DNA of 64,000 nucleotides from Candidatus Odyssella sp. (GTDB taxonomy: Bacteria; Pseudomonadota; Alphaproteobacteria; Paracaedibacterales; CAITNM01). Location of the stretch: positions 12,451-76,450 of the forward strand of contig DYTB01000003.1 of assembly GCA_020726185.1 (NCBI GenBank). Direction: 5' to 3'. The notes under the pieces were generated by a model that had not been told where the DNA came from, did no database searches, and worked only from the letters and a program-made list of their open reading frames with translations. The position numbers and the translations under genes are program-made. This document shows positions 27,333 to 36,465 of the stretch, in pieces (within the stretch, counting starts at the first letter, position 1; each line of letters begins with the position of its first letter).

Positions 27333-29234
27333 CTAATCCATCATTTGAGCAAGCATTTCTTGATTGGTTTCAATCTTATGCAGTTCTTTTAATGCATTAA
27401 CAGTTGCTGAAGAAATATCCGCTTGAATCATGTTATCTAGATTAACTGAAAACTTTTGTTTATCTTCCTTTGTGACTTTTGAGTGACCAGTTTTTTGTAG
27501 CATTACAACAGTGAATCCACCTTTGTCATTACGTCCAGCAGTAGCAGCTTCAGGAGCTAACATAAATGCTTTTTCAGCTAGAGGAACAGGAAGAAGATCT
27601 GCGGATTTTCTTCCCTGCTTGCTTAGTTCAATTCTTGAAAGAGTATGGTTTGCTGATAAAGTTAAGTTGTGTTTTTTAACCAAAGCATTCAAAAGTGTGA
27701 ATGACTTTGCTTCTGATGCAATAGATGAAGCAAGCTTAGATACTGACTCAAGTCTTTGCTCAGCTTCCCAGTCGCGCTGTACTTTATGTGCAATGTCTGC
27801 AAAAGCTGGTGCATGTGCTGGGCTTACTTTTGTTACACTTAAAACAAAGGCACCTTCTCGGGGCACATCAACAAAACCACTATCTAGACCTTGCTCAACT
27901 GTAAATGCTTTTTCTAGCATTGATACATGCATAGCAGTTGGTTTGGCAAACACTGGCTTGCCCTCAAGATTTTGACCTTTTGCATTGATATTTTCGAAAG
28001 TGTGTACGACTAGTTTCATTTTTGCTGCAACATCAGCCAATGTTTGTCCTGAAGCGATAGCATCGTCAATTTGACTACGAATTTCGTCAAGTTTCCCTGA
28101 TTTCTGTTCTTGAATAAGCATGGATTCTATTTCATTTTTAGCTTCTTCAAATGTCGCAGTGCGTGGATGTTCAATTTTTGTTACTTGGAAAATATGGAAT
28201 CCAAACCCGGTTGGAATAATTTTCGTGCAATTGCCGGATTTAAGCGCAAAAATTTCTTTTGCTGCAAATTCAGGAATTTGTTCTTTTACAACTAGGCCTG
28301 GTTCTTCAAGCTCTCCTTCAGGTATTTCTTTTAAAATTTTAGCAAATGACATGCCCTTTTTAGCCAATGCTAAAGCTTTTTGAGCATTGTCTTCTTGTGC
28401 ATAGGTTAACCGAGCAATGTTACGTCTTTCAGGAAATTTTAAATTTTCTTTTTGTGCATTGTAAGACTTACGAATTTGTTCATCCGTAATGCCAAGAATG
28501 TGGCGGAGTACTTTAGTGTCTAGCACAAGTGCTGTAATGCTACGCAATTCTGGAATAGTATATTTATCTTTGTATTGTTCGTAAAAACTCTCAAGTTGCT
28601 CGTGAGTGGCAGGGTGATCAAGTTTAATTTTAGATGCGTCAATTTCTACAAAAGCAAAAACTTTTTCGCGAGTAAGGGCATCAACCAAATTATTTTTATA
28701 TGACTCAGGTAAATTGACCCCAATGGTTATACTTGCAAGTAATTGCTGACGTTGCATGCTTAAACGCGCCTCTTTTAGAAACGCGCGCTCATTCATTCCT
28801 TGTTGCTGTAATACACTTAAGAACTTATTTGCGTCGAACCTGCCGTCGGTTTGAAAAGCGGGCATTTTTTGAATTTGTTCTTTTAAAATTTCATCAGAAG
28901 CGCCCAAGTTCATGCGGTCAAGTTCATCGCTAAGCACTAATTGACTAACAAGTCTGTTTATTACAGAAGTATGCATGCCAATCTCTTTCAATTGCTGTGC
29001 AGTAACTTGTCCTTTTGTCATTTCATTAATACGAGCCCTTTCCTTTTGAAGATGATGGGAAAGCTCTTCCCGGCTAATGTCATGTTTTCCAACGGTTACA
29101 ACAGGGCGGTGAGCAAAAAATTTGTAGATAATATCGCCGATGCCCCACAATCCAAAACTCAGAACAATGAGCCAAAGCAATATTTTAACAAACCATTTGT
29201 GGGCATGATCACGAAATACTTGTAGCATATACAC
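27333..29234 (-). CDS. ppiD: Periplasmic chaperone PpiD (SurA_N + rotamase)
   Basis: N-terminal anchor LSFGLWGI, FDANKF..L, GFHIFQVTKI; about 630 aa; divergent from tpiA as is usual in alphaproteobacteria. Confidence 0.85.
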   Translation of the reverse strand: MYMLQVFRDHAHKWFVKILLWLIVLSFGLWGIGDIIYKFFAHRPVVTVGKHDISREELSHHLQKERARINEMTKGQVTAQQLKEIGMHTSVINRLVSQLVLSDELDRMNLGASDEILKEQIQKMPAFQTDGRFDANKFLSVLQQQGMNERAFLKEARLSMQRQQLLASITIGVNLPESYKNNLVDALTREKVFAFVEIDASKIKLDHPATHEQLESFYEQYKDKYTIPELRSITALVLDTKVLRHILGITDEQIRKSYNAQKENLKFPERRNIARLTYAQEDNAQKALALAKKGMSFAKILKEIPEGELEEPGLVVKEQIPEFAAKEIFALKSGNCTKIIPTGFGFHIFQVTKIEHPRTATFEEAKNEIESMLIQEQKSGKLDEIRSQIDDAIASGQTLADVAAKMKLVVHTFENINAKGQNLEGKPVFAKPTAMHVSMLEKAFTVEQGLDSGFVDVPREGAFVLSVTKVSPAHAPAFADIAHKVQRDWEAEQRLESVSKLASSIASEAKSFTLLNALVKKHNLTLSANHTLSRIELSKQGRKSADLLPVPLAEKAFMLAPEAATAGRNDKGGFTVVMLQKTGHSKVTKEDKQKFSVNLDNMIQADISSATVNALKELHKIETNQEMLAQMMD

Positions 29235-29310
29235 ATAACATTTATAGATTTCAACCTACTAACACTACTGAAAAACAGCGCGTTCGGCAAGATTAAGCAT
29301 TAAGGAGAAA

Positions 29311-29988
29311 GTGATGCAAAAATGGGTTGTGGCAAATTGGAAGATGAATGGTTCAAAAAACCTTCTGAATGAATACAAAAAGTCCTTTAAAAACCACAAA
29401 AAACTTATTGTTTGTCTTCCATCTATTTATTTAGGAGAACCTTCTGGTCTAATTTTGAGCGCACAAAATATTCATCAGCAACTTAAAGGTGCTTATACAG
29501 GCGAAATCAGTGCGTCAATGCTCGTTGAATTCGGCGTAAAATATTGTTTAGTGGGGCATTCTGAAAGACGCCAGCACTTTCATGAAACAAATAGTGATGT
29601 GCGTGCAAAAGCAGAAACATGTTTGGAAGCAAATATTACGCCGATTATTTGTATAGGTGAAACCCTAGAGCAATACGAGGCGAATCAAACCACTGAAGTG
29701 CTTGAGCGGCAGTTGGCAGAGTGTTTACCAAGTAGATCGGGCTTTTGGATAGCCTATGAGCCTGTATGGGCAATTGGCACAGGCAAAACACCAACAACAG
29801 ATGAAATTTCAGAGGTTCATTTGATGTTAAGAGAAAAATTACCAAACACCATATTGCTATATGGTGGCTCGGTTAATGGTGATAATGCAGCAACGATCTT
29901 TGCTATACCAAACGTTGACGGCGCCTTGGTTGGTGGTGCTAGTTTGGATGTGGCCGCTGTTGCAGTTATTTTGAAACATGCCAGATAA
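29311..29988 (+). CDS. tpiA: Triosephosphate isomerase
   Basis: ANWKMNG, GAYTGEIS, GHSERR, AYEPVWAIGTG, YGGSV, LVGGASL. Confidence 0.97.
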   Translation: MMQKWVVANWKMNGSKNLLNEYKKSFKNHKKLIVCLPSIYLGEPSGLILSAQNIHQQLKGAYTGEISASMLVEFGVKYCLVGHSERRQHFHETNSDVRAKAETCLEANITPIICIGETLEQYEANQTTEVLERQLAECLPSRSGFWIAYEPVWAIGTGKTPTTDEISEVHLMLREKLPNTILLYGGSVNGDNAATIFAIPNVDGALVGGASLDVAAVAVILKHAR

Positions 29989-30034
29989 AAAAAATTATGC
30001 TAGAATCAAAGAAGGGTTTTGTGAAGAAATAATT

Positions 30035-30982
30035 ATGACTATTGCGTTTGTGTACCCGGGGCAAGGTTCCCAGATTATTGGAATGGCGAAGGATTTATAT
30101 GATAATTTTGCCGTTGCTAAAAATGTGCTTGATGCCGTTTGTGATGTGCTAAAGCAGGACTTGAAAACGATAATGTTTGAAGGACCGGCTGATGAATTAA
30201 CATTAACAGAAAACACACAGCCGGCGTTACTTGCAGCAAGCATGATGGCGCAAAAGGTGTTAGAAGCAGAGCTTGGAAAACCTATTCAGAGTCTGGCGAG
30301 TGCTGTGGCTGGACACTCTTTGGGTGAATATTCTGCATTAACGGCAGCAGGTGCTTTTTCAGTAGAGAATGCAGCTGTTCTTGTAAGATTGCGCGGTAAT
30401 GCTATGCAAAAAGCTGTGCCAGTTGGGCAAGGGGCCATGGCGGCAATTCTTGGACTTGAAATGGCTCAGGTAGAAGAGCTTTTACGTAATGTTCCAAATA
30501 AAAATTGGGTTGCACAGATTGCTAATGATAATTCCCCAGGGCAAATAGTGGTGAGCGGTCATACCGAAGCAATTGCTTGGATTATTGAACAAGCAAAAGA
30601 AAAGGGCGCAAAGCGAGCTCTTCTACTGCCCGTGAGTGCTCCGTTTCATAGCTCACTTATGGAGCCAGCAGCACTTGTAATGGAGAAAGCTTTAAGTACT
30701 GTTAATACGAATCAACCGAAGGTTAACGTGTATGCAAACGTGACAGCTATGACTGTAGATCACCCTGCAGAAATCGCACCGCTTTTGGTTGCACAGATTA
30801 CTGGAAGAGTGCGGTGGACGGAATCGATTAGCAACATGCACAAACGCGGCATTAATACCTTCGTTGAAATAGGTACGGGCAAAGTGCTTTCTGGTTTAAT
30901 TAAACGTATTACTCCAGAAGCTAATGTTTATAATTTCGGCAACAAGGATGAATTACAATCTGTTACAGCTTTATGGTCGTAA
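30035..30982 (+). CDS. fabD: Malonyl-CoA:ACP transacylase
   Basis: FVYPGQGSQ, TQPAL, GHSLGEY, SAPFHS, VRW; start set at ATG 30035. Confidence 0.97.
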   Translation: MTIAFVYPGQGSQIIGMAKDLYDNFAVAKNVLDAVCDVLKQDLKTIMFEGPADELTLTENTQPALLAASMMAQKVLEAELGKPIQSLASAVAGHSLGEYSALTAAGAFSVENAAVLVRLRGNAMQKAVPVGQGAMAAILGLEMAQVEELLRNVPNKNWVAQIANDNSPGQIVVSGHTEAIAWIIEQAKEKGAKRALLLPVSAPFHSSLMEPAALVMEKALSTVNTNQPKVNVYANVTAMTVDHPAEIAPLLVAQITGRVRWTESISNMHKRGINTFVEIGTGKVLSGLIKRITPEANVYNFGNKDELQSVTALWS

Positions 30983-30983
30983 T

Positions 30984-31292
30984 GTGATTATCGTCTACAC
31001 AACAGTTGAAAAACTTGAGCAAGCTGAGAATATTGCGCAAATTCTTTTGACCGAACGCTTGGTTGCGTGTGCAAATATGTGGCCGATTCATTCAATGTAT
31101 ACTTTCAATGGAAAGTTGGTGAAGTCTGCTGAGATTGGTGTGTATTTAAAAACAGGTGTTGATCGTCAAGACGCTGTCTATAACCGATTGGTTGAGCTTC
31201 ACCCTTATGAGTGCCCGGCAATTATAACCATGAAGATTGACCAGGCGCACCTGCCATTTGTGCATTGGGTACACGAACAAACGGGTAATTAG
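30984..31292 (+). CDS. cutA: Divalent-cation tolerance protein CutA
   Basis: LLTERLVACAN, HPYECPAII, WV; probable GTG start just after the fabD stop. Confidence 0.9.
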   Translation: MIIVYTTVEKLEQAENIAQILLTERLVACANMWPIHSMYTFNGKLVKSAEIGVYLKTGVDRQDAVYNRLVELHPYECPAIITMKIDQAHLPFVHWVHEQTGN

Positions 31293-31580
31293 ATGTTATT
31301 ATTTGATGACATGCCACCATTTGCACAAAAAAATGAGACAGGGTTTTCATTTTGGGTAAAGGTTACCCCCAAGGCTTCTAAGAACCGGATCGGTGATTTG
31401 GTGGATGCTACCATGGGGCGCAAAATGCTTAAAGTTTATGTAACATCACCACCTGAAGACAATCTAGCTAACATTGCCGTTATTGAAGTGTTAGCTGAAT
31501 ATCTACACAAGGCAAAATCAAAAATTCAAATTATTAGTGGCCATACAATGCGAGAAAAACGTATTCAGATTTTGACATAA
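31293..31580 (+). CDS. DUF167 (YggU) family protein
   Basis: VKVTPKASKN, LKVYVTSPPEDNLAN, ISGHTMREK. Confidence 0.88.
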   Translation: MLLFDDMPPFAQKNETGFSFWVKVTPKASKNRIGDLVDATMGRKMLKVYVTSPPEDNLANIAVIEVLAEYLHKAKSKIQIISGHTMREKRIQILT

Positions 31581-32587
31581 GCCAACGCTTTTTTAAACAT
31601 GGTCGGCAAACCATAGTTGCCTAAATTGCTTAACGCTGTCCATTGCCCGTTATTTGTATTCGCTACAAACGTTTCCCACAAGGTTAACTCTAACTCAAAA
31701 TGAGTAAAAATATGGCGTACCGTTCCAATATGCACCCATTCAGATTTTATCGGATATTGCACAACGGTTTGTTCACTAGAAAATTCGCTAGAAGGAAATT
31801 GATACATACTAGCAAGCAAGCCTTTTTCGGGGCGTTTTTCAATACATACTTGGTTTTTATGACGCATAATAAAACTGTGACCAAAGCGCTTTGGTCTAGC
31901 TGTTTTTGCGGGCTTCAAAGGTAATATGTTTTGCAAATCTTTGGAAAAAGCTAAGCAGTTGTTTTTTAAAAAGCAGTCGGCACACTTAGGGTTTTTTGAT
32001 TTGCAAAGGGTTGAACCTATATCCATGAGAGCTTGGCTTATCGCGCCAGAATGATCACTGTGCGCTAAGGAATCAGCTATTTCCTGAATTTGTATTTTTT
32101 GAATTTTTCCAGACGATGATACCGCGAACAAACGACAAAGTACGCGGTTTACGTTGGTATCAATAGCAATAATGGATTCACCAAAAGCAATGCTAGCAAT
32201 AGCTGCAGCAGTGTATGGCCCTAATCCGGGCAGTGTCATTAATTCGTGATAAGAATTTGGCAAATATCCATGATATTTATCGGCAACAATTTTTGCGGTT
32301 TTGTGCAAATTACGTGCACGTGAATAGTACCCCAAACCTTGCCAACATTGCATAAGCTCATCTTGCGAAGCGGCGGCCAAGTCTTGAATTGTTGGCCAAC
32401 GTTCTAGAAATTTAGAAAAATATCCTTTTACGGTAGCCACAGTTGTTTGTTGCAACATAACTTCGCTAACAAGGATGTGGTAGGGATTAACTGGCTGTTT
32501 TCTCCAGGGTAAATCCCGCTGATTTTCCTCGTACCAATTGATTAATTTGGTTTGAATCAAAGGGATTTGTGATAACAACTGCGTCAT
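31565..32587 (-). CDS. mutY: A/G-specific adenine glycosylase MutY
   Basis: RDLPWR, SEVMLQQT, GLGYYSRARNL, LPGLGPYTAAAI, Fe-S motif C-x6-C-x2-C-x5-C, HIFTHF. Confidence 0.96.
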   Translation of the reverse strand: MTQLLSQIPLIQTKLINWYEENQRDLPWRKQPVNPYHILVSEVMLQQTTVATVKGYFSKFLERWPTIQDLAAASQDELMQCWQGLGYYSRARNLHKTAKIVADKYHGYLPNSYHELMTLPGLGPYTAAAIASIAFGESIIAIDTNVNRVLCRLFAVSSSGKIQKIQIQEIADSLAHSDHSGAISQALMDIGSTLCKSKNPKCADCFLKNNCLAFSKDLQNILPLKPAKTARPKRFGHSFIMRHKNQVCIEKRPEKGLLASMYQFPSSEFSSEQTVVQYPIKSEWVHIGTVRHIFTHFELELTLWETFVANTNNGQWTALSNLGNYGLPTMFKKALAYVKI

Positions 32588-33419
32588 TAACTTGATTTTT
32601 AAACCATGTCATTTGGCGTTTAGCATACTGTCGAGTTGTTTGTTGAAGCAAGGAAATCATTTCTTCCTTGGATATTTCTTTGGCTAAATACTGCCAAATT
32701 TCTCTAACACCGATTGCTTTGCAGACTGGCGCATCAAGCGTTACTTTTTGTTTTAATGCTTGTACTTCTTGCACAACTCCTTCGTCTAGCATTCTGATGA
32801 CTCGAGCATTAATAAGGTTGTATAGCCTGTCTTTTTCAGGCATTACCACAATAAATTTTTTGATCTGCTTAATAAGTGGTTGTGATTTTCCTTGGAATGA
32901 TTTGATTGATTGTCCTGTTTGTAACATGACCTCCAAAGCGCGCCCCAGTCGCTGGCTATCATTTTGGTGAAGATGGTTTTTGATAATTGGGTCGTGCTTA
33001 ATGACTTCTTCGTAGAAATCTTCTTTTGACAAATTGCTTTGTAATGCGCGCACTGATTTTTTGATTTCATCAGAAATGTTAGGCATGGGGGAAAGCCCCT
33101 GAATGAGAGCATTTAAATACATACCCGTGCCCCCCACAATAATTGGGGTTTTTTGGCGTTTAATAACGTTATCAATTGTTGATTGAGCAAGCTGGGTCCA
33201 GTCTTGCACGGTCGATTTTTGGTCATCATGATAAATTCCAAACAAATGATGTCTGGTTTGTGCAAGCTCTGCATTGTCTGGTGAAGCTGTTAAAATGGGG
33301 ATGCTTTTATAAAGCTGCAGACTATCGGCATTAATAATTTCACCATCTACATGATGTGCAAGCCATAGTGCTAATTTTGACTTTCCACTAGCTGTTGGAC
33401 CACCAATAATGAAGCACAC
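32487..33419 (-). CDS. miaA: tRNA dimethylallyltransferase
   Basis: GPTASGKS, ADSLQLY, VGGTGMY, RALEV, TRQYAKRQMTWF. Confidence 0.97.
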   Translation of the reverse strand: MCFIIGGPTASGKSKLALWLAHHVDGEIINADSLQLYKSIPILTASPDNAELAQTRHHLFGIYHDDQKSTVQDWTQLAQSTIDNVIKRQKTPIIVGGTGMYLNALIQGLSPMPNISDEIKKSVRALQSNLSKEDFYEEVIKHDPIIKNHLHQNDSQRLGRALEVMLQTGQSIKSFQGKSQPLIKQIKKFIVVMPEKDRLYNLINARVIRMLDEGVVQEVQALKQKVTLDAPVCKAIGVREIWQYLAKEISKEEMISLLQQTTRQYAKRQMTWFKNQVNDAVVITNPFDSNQINQLVRGKSAGFTLEKTAS

Positions 33420-33424
33420 GTTTT

Positions 33425-34840
33425 CTAACTAACCTTTTCTATGCGAATCATGTTTGTGCCGCCTGATTGCCCAAAAGGCACGCCAGCGGTTATGACAACA
33501 TAATCATCAACTTGTGCAAAACCTTCTTGCTTAGCGAACGCACTAGCAGTTTCAACCATTTGTCCTATTGAAAAAATATCATCAGTCAAAGCTGGGTGCG
33601 CTCCCCAAACTAACGTAAGCTGTCTGGAAGTTTTCAAAACTGGCGTCAGCGCCAATATATCGCAATGGGGGCGTTCACGAGCCGCATGAAATGCCGTACG
33701 ACCTGTTTCAGTAAAGGTCACCATTAATCCACTACCTATAATGCCCACGGCAGAACGCGCTGCGGTCGTTACAGCATCGCTAACAGTAGGTGAAGGCAAT
33801 GTATAACTGTCATCAAGCATTTTTTGGTAAAAAGGATCTTTTTCTGTGCGTTGAATAATGCGATCCATCATCGAAACAGCTTCTATAGGGTAATCACCCG
33901 ATGCTGATTCCGCTGAAAGCATAACCGCATCAACACCGTCGTAAACAGCTGTTGCCACGTCTGATGCTTCTGCACGAGTAGGGGTTGGTGTATGCACCAT
34001 TGAATCTAGCATTTGCGTAGCAACAATAACGGGCTTGCCCAGACTACGGCAAGTACGAATAATTTGACGCTGTATAACGGGCACATCTTCCGCAGGCATT
34101 TCCACACCTAAATCACCACGAGCAACCATAACCGCATCTGACAAAGTCACAATTTCTTGTAAATACTGTATGGCCATAGGTTTTTCAATTTTAGCGATCA
34201 ATTTTACTTTTTTACCGACAAGTTCGCGCGCCATAATCAGGTCATTTGGCTGTTGAACAAATGACAATGCAACCCAATCAACGCCCAATTCCAGTCCAAA
34301 TTTTAAATCGATGATATCTTTTTTAGTCAGCGCATCAATTGGCAGCACCACATCGGGGACATTCACCCCCTTACGATTGGAAAGTTCGGTACCTGACATC
34401 ACAATAGTTTCAGCAAAATCAGGACCACTTTTTGTAATTTTGAGTCGAACCTTACCGTCGTCTAAAAGTAAATCAACATTTTCTTTAAGAACTTGAAAAA
34501 TTTCAGGGTGCGGCATGCACACACGATGATTATTTCCAGGTGTGCTGTCCAAATCAAGTAAAAATGTTTGCCCTGGTTTTAAAGAAATTTTTGTATTAGA
34601 AAAAGTTCCAATGCGCAGTTTTGGTCCCTGCAAATCAAGCAAAATACCAATTGGTCGTTTGAATTCCTGTTCAATTCTTCGAATAATTTTATAATTTTCC
34701 GCATGGCTTTCGTGTTCACCGTGGGAAAAATTCAGACGAAAAACATCTGCGCCTGCTATAAATAATGCTTTGATTTGTTCATAGTTTGACGAAGCCGGAC
34801 CTAAAGTAGCAATGATTTTAGCTTTACGTTGCCTGCGCAT
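33425..34840 (-). CDS. pyk: Pyruvate kinase
   Basis: KIIATLGPAS, RLNFSHG, DLQGPKLR, AKIEK, MVARGDLGVE, ATQMLDSM, MLSAESA. Confidence 0.98.
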   Translation of the reverse strand: MRRQRKAKIIATLGPASSNYEQIKALFIAGADVFRLNFSHGEHESHAENYKIIRRIEQEFKRPIGILLDLQGPKLRIGTFSNTKISLKPGQTFLLDLDSTPGNNHRVCMPHPEIFQVLKENVDLLLDDGKVRLKITKSGPDFAETIVMSGTELSNRKGVNVPDVVLPIDALTKKDIIDLKFGLELGVDWVALSFVQQPNDLIMARELVGKKVKLIAKIEKPMAIQYLQEIVTLSDAVMVARGDLGVEMPAEDVPVIQRQIIRTCRSLGKPVIVATQMLDSMVHTPTPTRAEASDVATAVYDGVDAVMLSAESASGDYPIEAVSMMDRIIQRTEKDPFYQKMLDDSYTLPSPTVSDAVTTAARSAVGIIGSGLMVTFTETGRTAFHAARERPHCDILALTPVLKTSRQLTLVWGAHPALTDDIFSIGQMVETASAFAKQEGFAQVDDYVVITAGVPFGQSGGTNMIRIEKVS

Positions 34841-35021
34841 GATGATTTTTCAAAAGATTCCTTCATTCATTATTTCAAATGCCTGCCAAAAAACAAGAGG
34901 GAAGAGTCAATTAACCACATTATAATAGTTTTTTAATGTATTGAACGCGTTAGAGACAGATGAGGTTTTTGATTATGTTTTATTATTAGTCGCAGTTTAT
35001 TTGATCATTATGATAATACTG

Positions 35022-35107
35022 ACTGGATCCCCACGCCCTTTTCAAGGGCTCAGGATGACAATGTTCCCCGTCTTCATGAGGGGCCAACGACGACGTAATG
35101 ATCCAGT
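35022..35107. repeat. Palindromic REP/RPE-like doublet (two opposed 38-nt arms)
   Basis: Arm 35022-35059 (reverse complement GTCATCCTGAGCCCTTGAAAAGGGCGTGGGGATCCAGT), 10-nt spacer, degenerate arm 35070-35107. Confidence 0.8.
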
Positions 35108-35132
35108 GGAGTAATTTTTTATTACAGAAACT

Positions 35133-35166
35133 AAAAATCCCCAGTCAGAACGAACTGACCGGGGAT
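35133..35166 (-). terminator. Rho-independent terminator of beta-helix paralogue A
   Basis: Minus strand ATCCCCGGTCAG-TTCGTT-CTGACTGGGGAT-TTTT; duplicated at 37693-37726. Confidence 0.8.
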
Positions 35167-35193
35167 AATTGTAGTAACTATTAGTTCAGAAAA

Positions 35194-36006
35194 TTATAGA
35201 GCTGTACCAACAGTGATAGCGCGAGCCCAAACCGCTCCGTTACCTAATTTTAAAGTTGAACCTGAGTCAAACTTCAAGCTACCTTCTGATGCTGAACCGT
35301 TCCAATGGTTGAAGAAGTCAGTGTTAGCACCAACTAAAGCAGCAGCATATGCAGGAACTGATACGCTAGCATCTACCAAAAGTGTTGCGCCAGACTGAAT
35401 CTCATTTACACCAGCACAGTATCCACCAGACATAGCTGATTTTAATTCTAGAATACCAGCAACAGTCACAGCAGGTGCGCTTGCAGCAGGCATTTTATCG
35501 CCAGATGCAGCACCAACTGCTACAGTAGCAGCTGACTCAATAACCATAGCTGAAGTACCTGCAGATAAGTCACCACCAATAGTTAGCACTTTGCTTGCAG
35601 CTGCGCCTACTGTTAGAGCCGCACCAGAAGGTGCACCCACTAGACTAGTGTCAAGAGTACATAAAAGTTTACCAGCTGTAGTCATAGTAAGAGCTGGAAC
35701 TGAAGCACTAGCTGCATTAATTTCAAGAATGTTATTAGCATTTGTATCAAAAGTTACTGCAGCTGGCATAGCGTTTGCCGCGTTAATTTCAACTTGTCCG
35801 TTAGATAATGTTAAGGCAGTTAGAGAAGCGTTGTTACCAGATAGAATTGCTTCACCAGTACCTATTTTTGATGCTGTTCCAGCGATTGCACCACTAACCG
35901 TTGCAACGTCTGATCCTGCAACTTCAATAACTAGATTTGAAGCAAAACCAGCTGATGAAGCAACAACTGTAAGCAAACCCAATGTCAATTTTTGAATAGT
36001 TTTCAT
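35194..36006 (-). CDS. Secreted beta-helix (autotransporter-passenger-like) protein, paralogue A
   Basis: ATG 36006 with AAGGA RBS; signal peptide MKTIQKLTLGLLTVVASSAGFA; KIGTGEAILSG PATR-like repeat; A/G/T/V-rich beta pattern; no C-terminal barrel. Confidence 0.7.
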   Translation of the reverse strand: MKTIQKLTLGLLTVVASSAGFASNLVIEVAGSDVATVSGAIAGTASKIGTGEAILSGNNASLTALTLSNGQVEINAANAMPAAVTFDTNANNILEINAASASVPALTMTTAGKLLCTLDTSLVGAPSGAALTVGAAASKVLTIGGDLSAGTSAMVIESAATVAVGAASGDKMPAASAPAVTVAGILELKSAMSGGYCAGVNEIQSGATLLVDASVSVPAYAAALVGANTDFFNHWNGSASEGSLKFDSGSTLKLGNGAVWARAITVGTAL

Positions 36007-36169
36007 AATGTAATTCCTTTTCAAATATAAAATGGTTAAAACTAATAACAATTATTAATTTATATTATTGAGGTTAATAAAAGGTTAATTATTAGTAATA
36101 AAATTACTTGAAGAGTGATTATTATTTTGATATACATTATTTTATTTATTGAAATACGGAATTTATAGA

Positions 36170-36305
36170 ACTGGATTCGGTGGTCAAGCCCACTAGATTT
36201 ATATAGCGGAATTGTTTGACTGGACCCTCACGCCTGCGTTGCAGGCTCAAGGAGACGGTGGGGCGGCGTCATCCTGAGCCCTTGAAAAGGGCGTCGGGAT
36301 CCAGT
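36170..36305. repeat. Palindromic REP/RPE-like cluster
   Basis: Half-element CTGGATTCGGTGGTCAAGCCCAC (36170-36193) plus doublet 36219-36256 / 36268-36305; the last arm matches the reverse complement of 35022-35059 at 37/38 nt. Confidence 0.8.
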
Positions 36306-36347
36306 GAATGATATTCATTACTATAAAATCCAATGAATCTATGCAAT

Positions 36348-36465
36348 TATCTTTTCTTAAAGAAACTCACTAAGAAAAAATATACGTCTATCTTTTCTTT
36401 AAATAGTTGACTAAGAAAGAATAACCATTTATCTTATTCCTTAATAGTGTCATAAAGAAAAGATA
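36348..36465. repeat. Three tandem ~41-bp palindromic repeats upstream of fic
   Basis: TATCTTTTCTT-N13-AAGAAAnnATA units starting at 36348, 36389 and 36430; the third ends at the base before the fic ATG. Confidence 0.75.

Noticed and set aside
27511-27975. Longer antisense ORFs (also 35591-35995, 38020-38328, 55252-55731, 62780-63187)
   Set aside because: They are shadows of well-supported genes on the opposite strand, with no motifs or RBS; the other short track ORFs were rejected the same way.
32487-32587. 101-nt overlap of miaA end and mutY start
   Set aside because: Likely start-site ambiguity or genome compaction; both proteins are of normal length.
36348-36465. Possible mini-CRISPR array upstream of fic
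   Set aside because: Only three degenerate units, variable parts of about 13 nt, no cas genes; better explained as an operator-like tandem palindrome.
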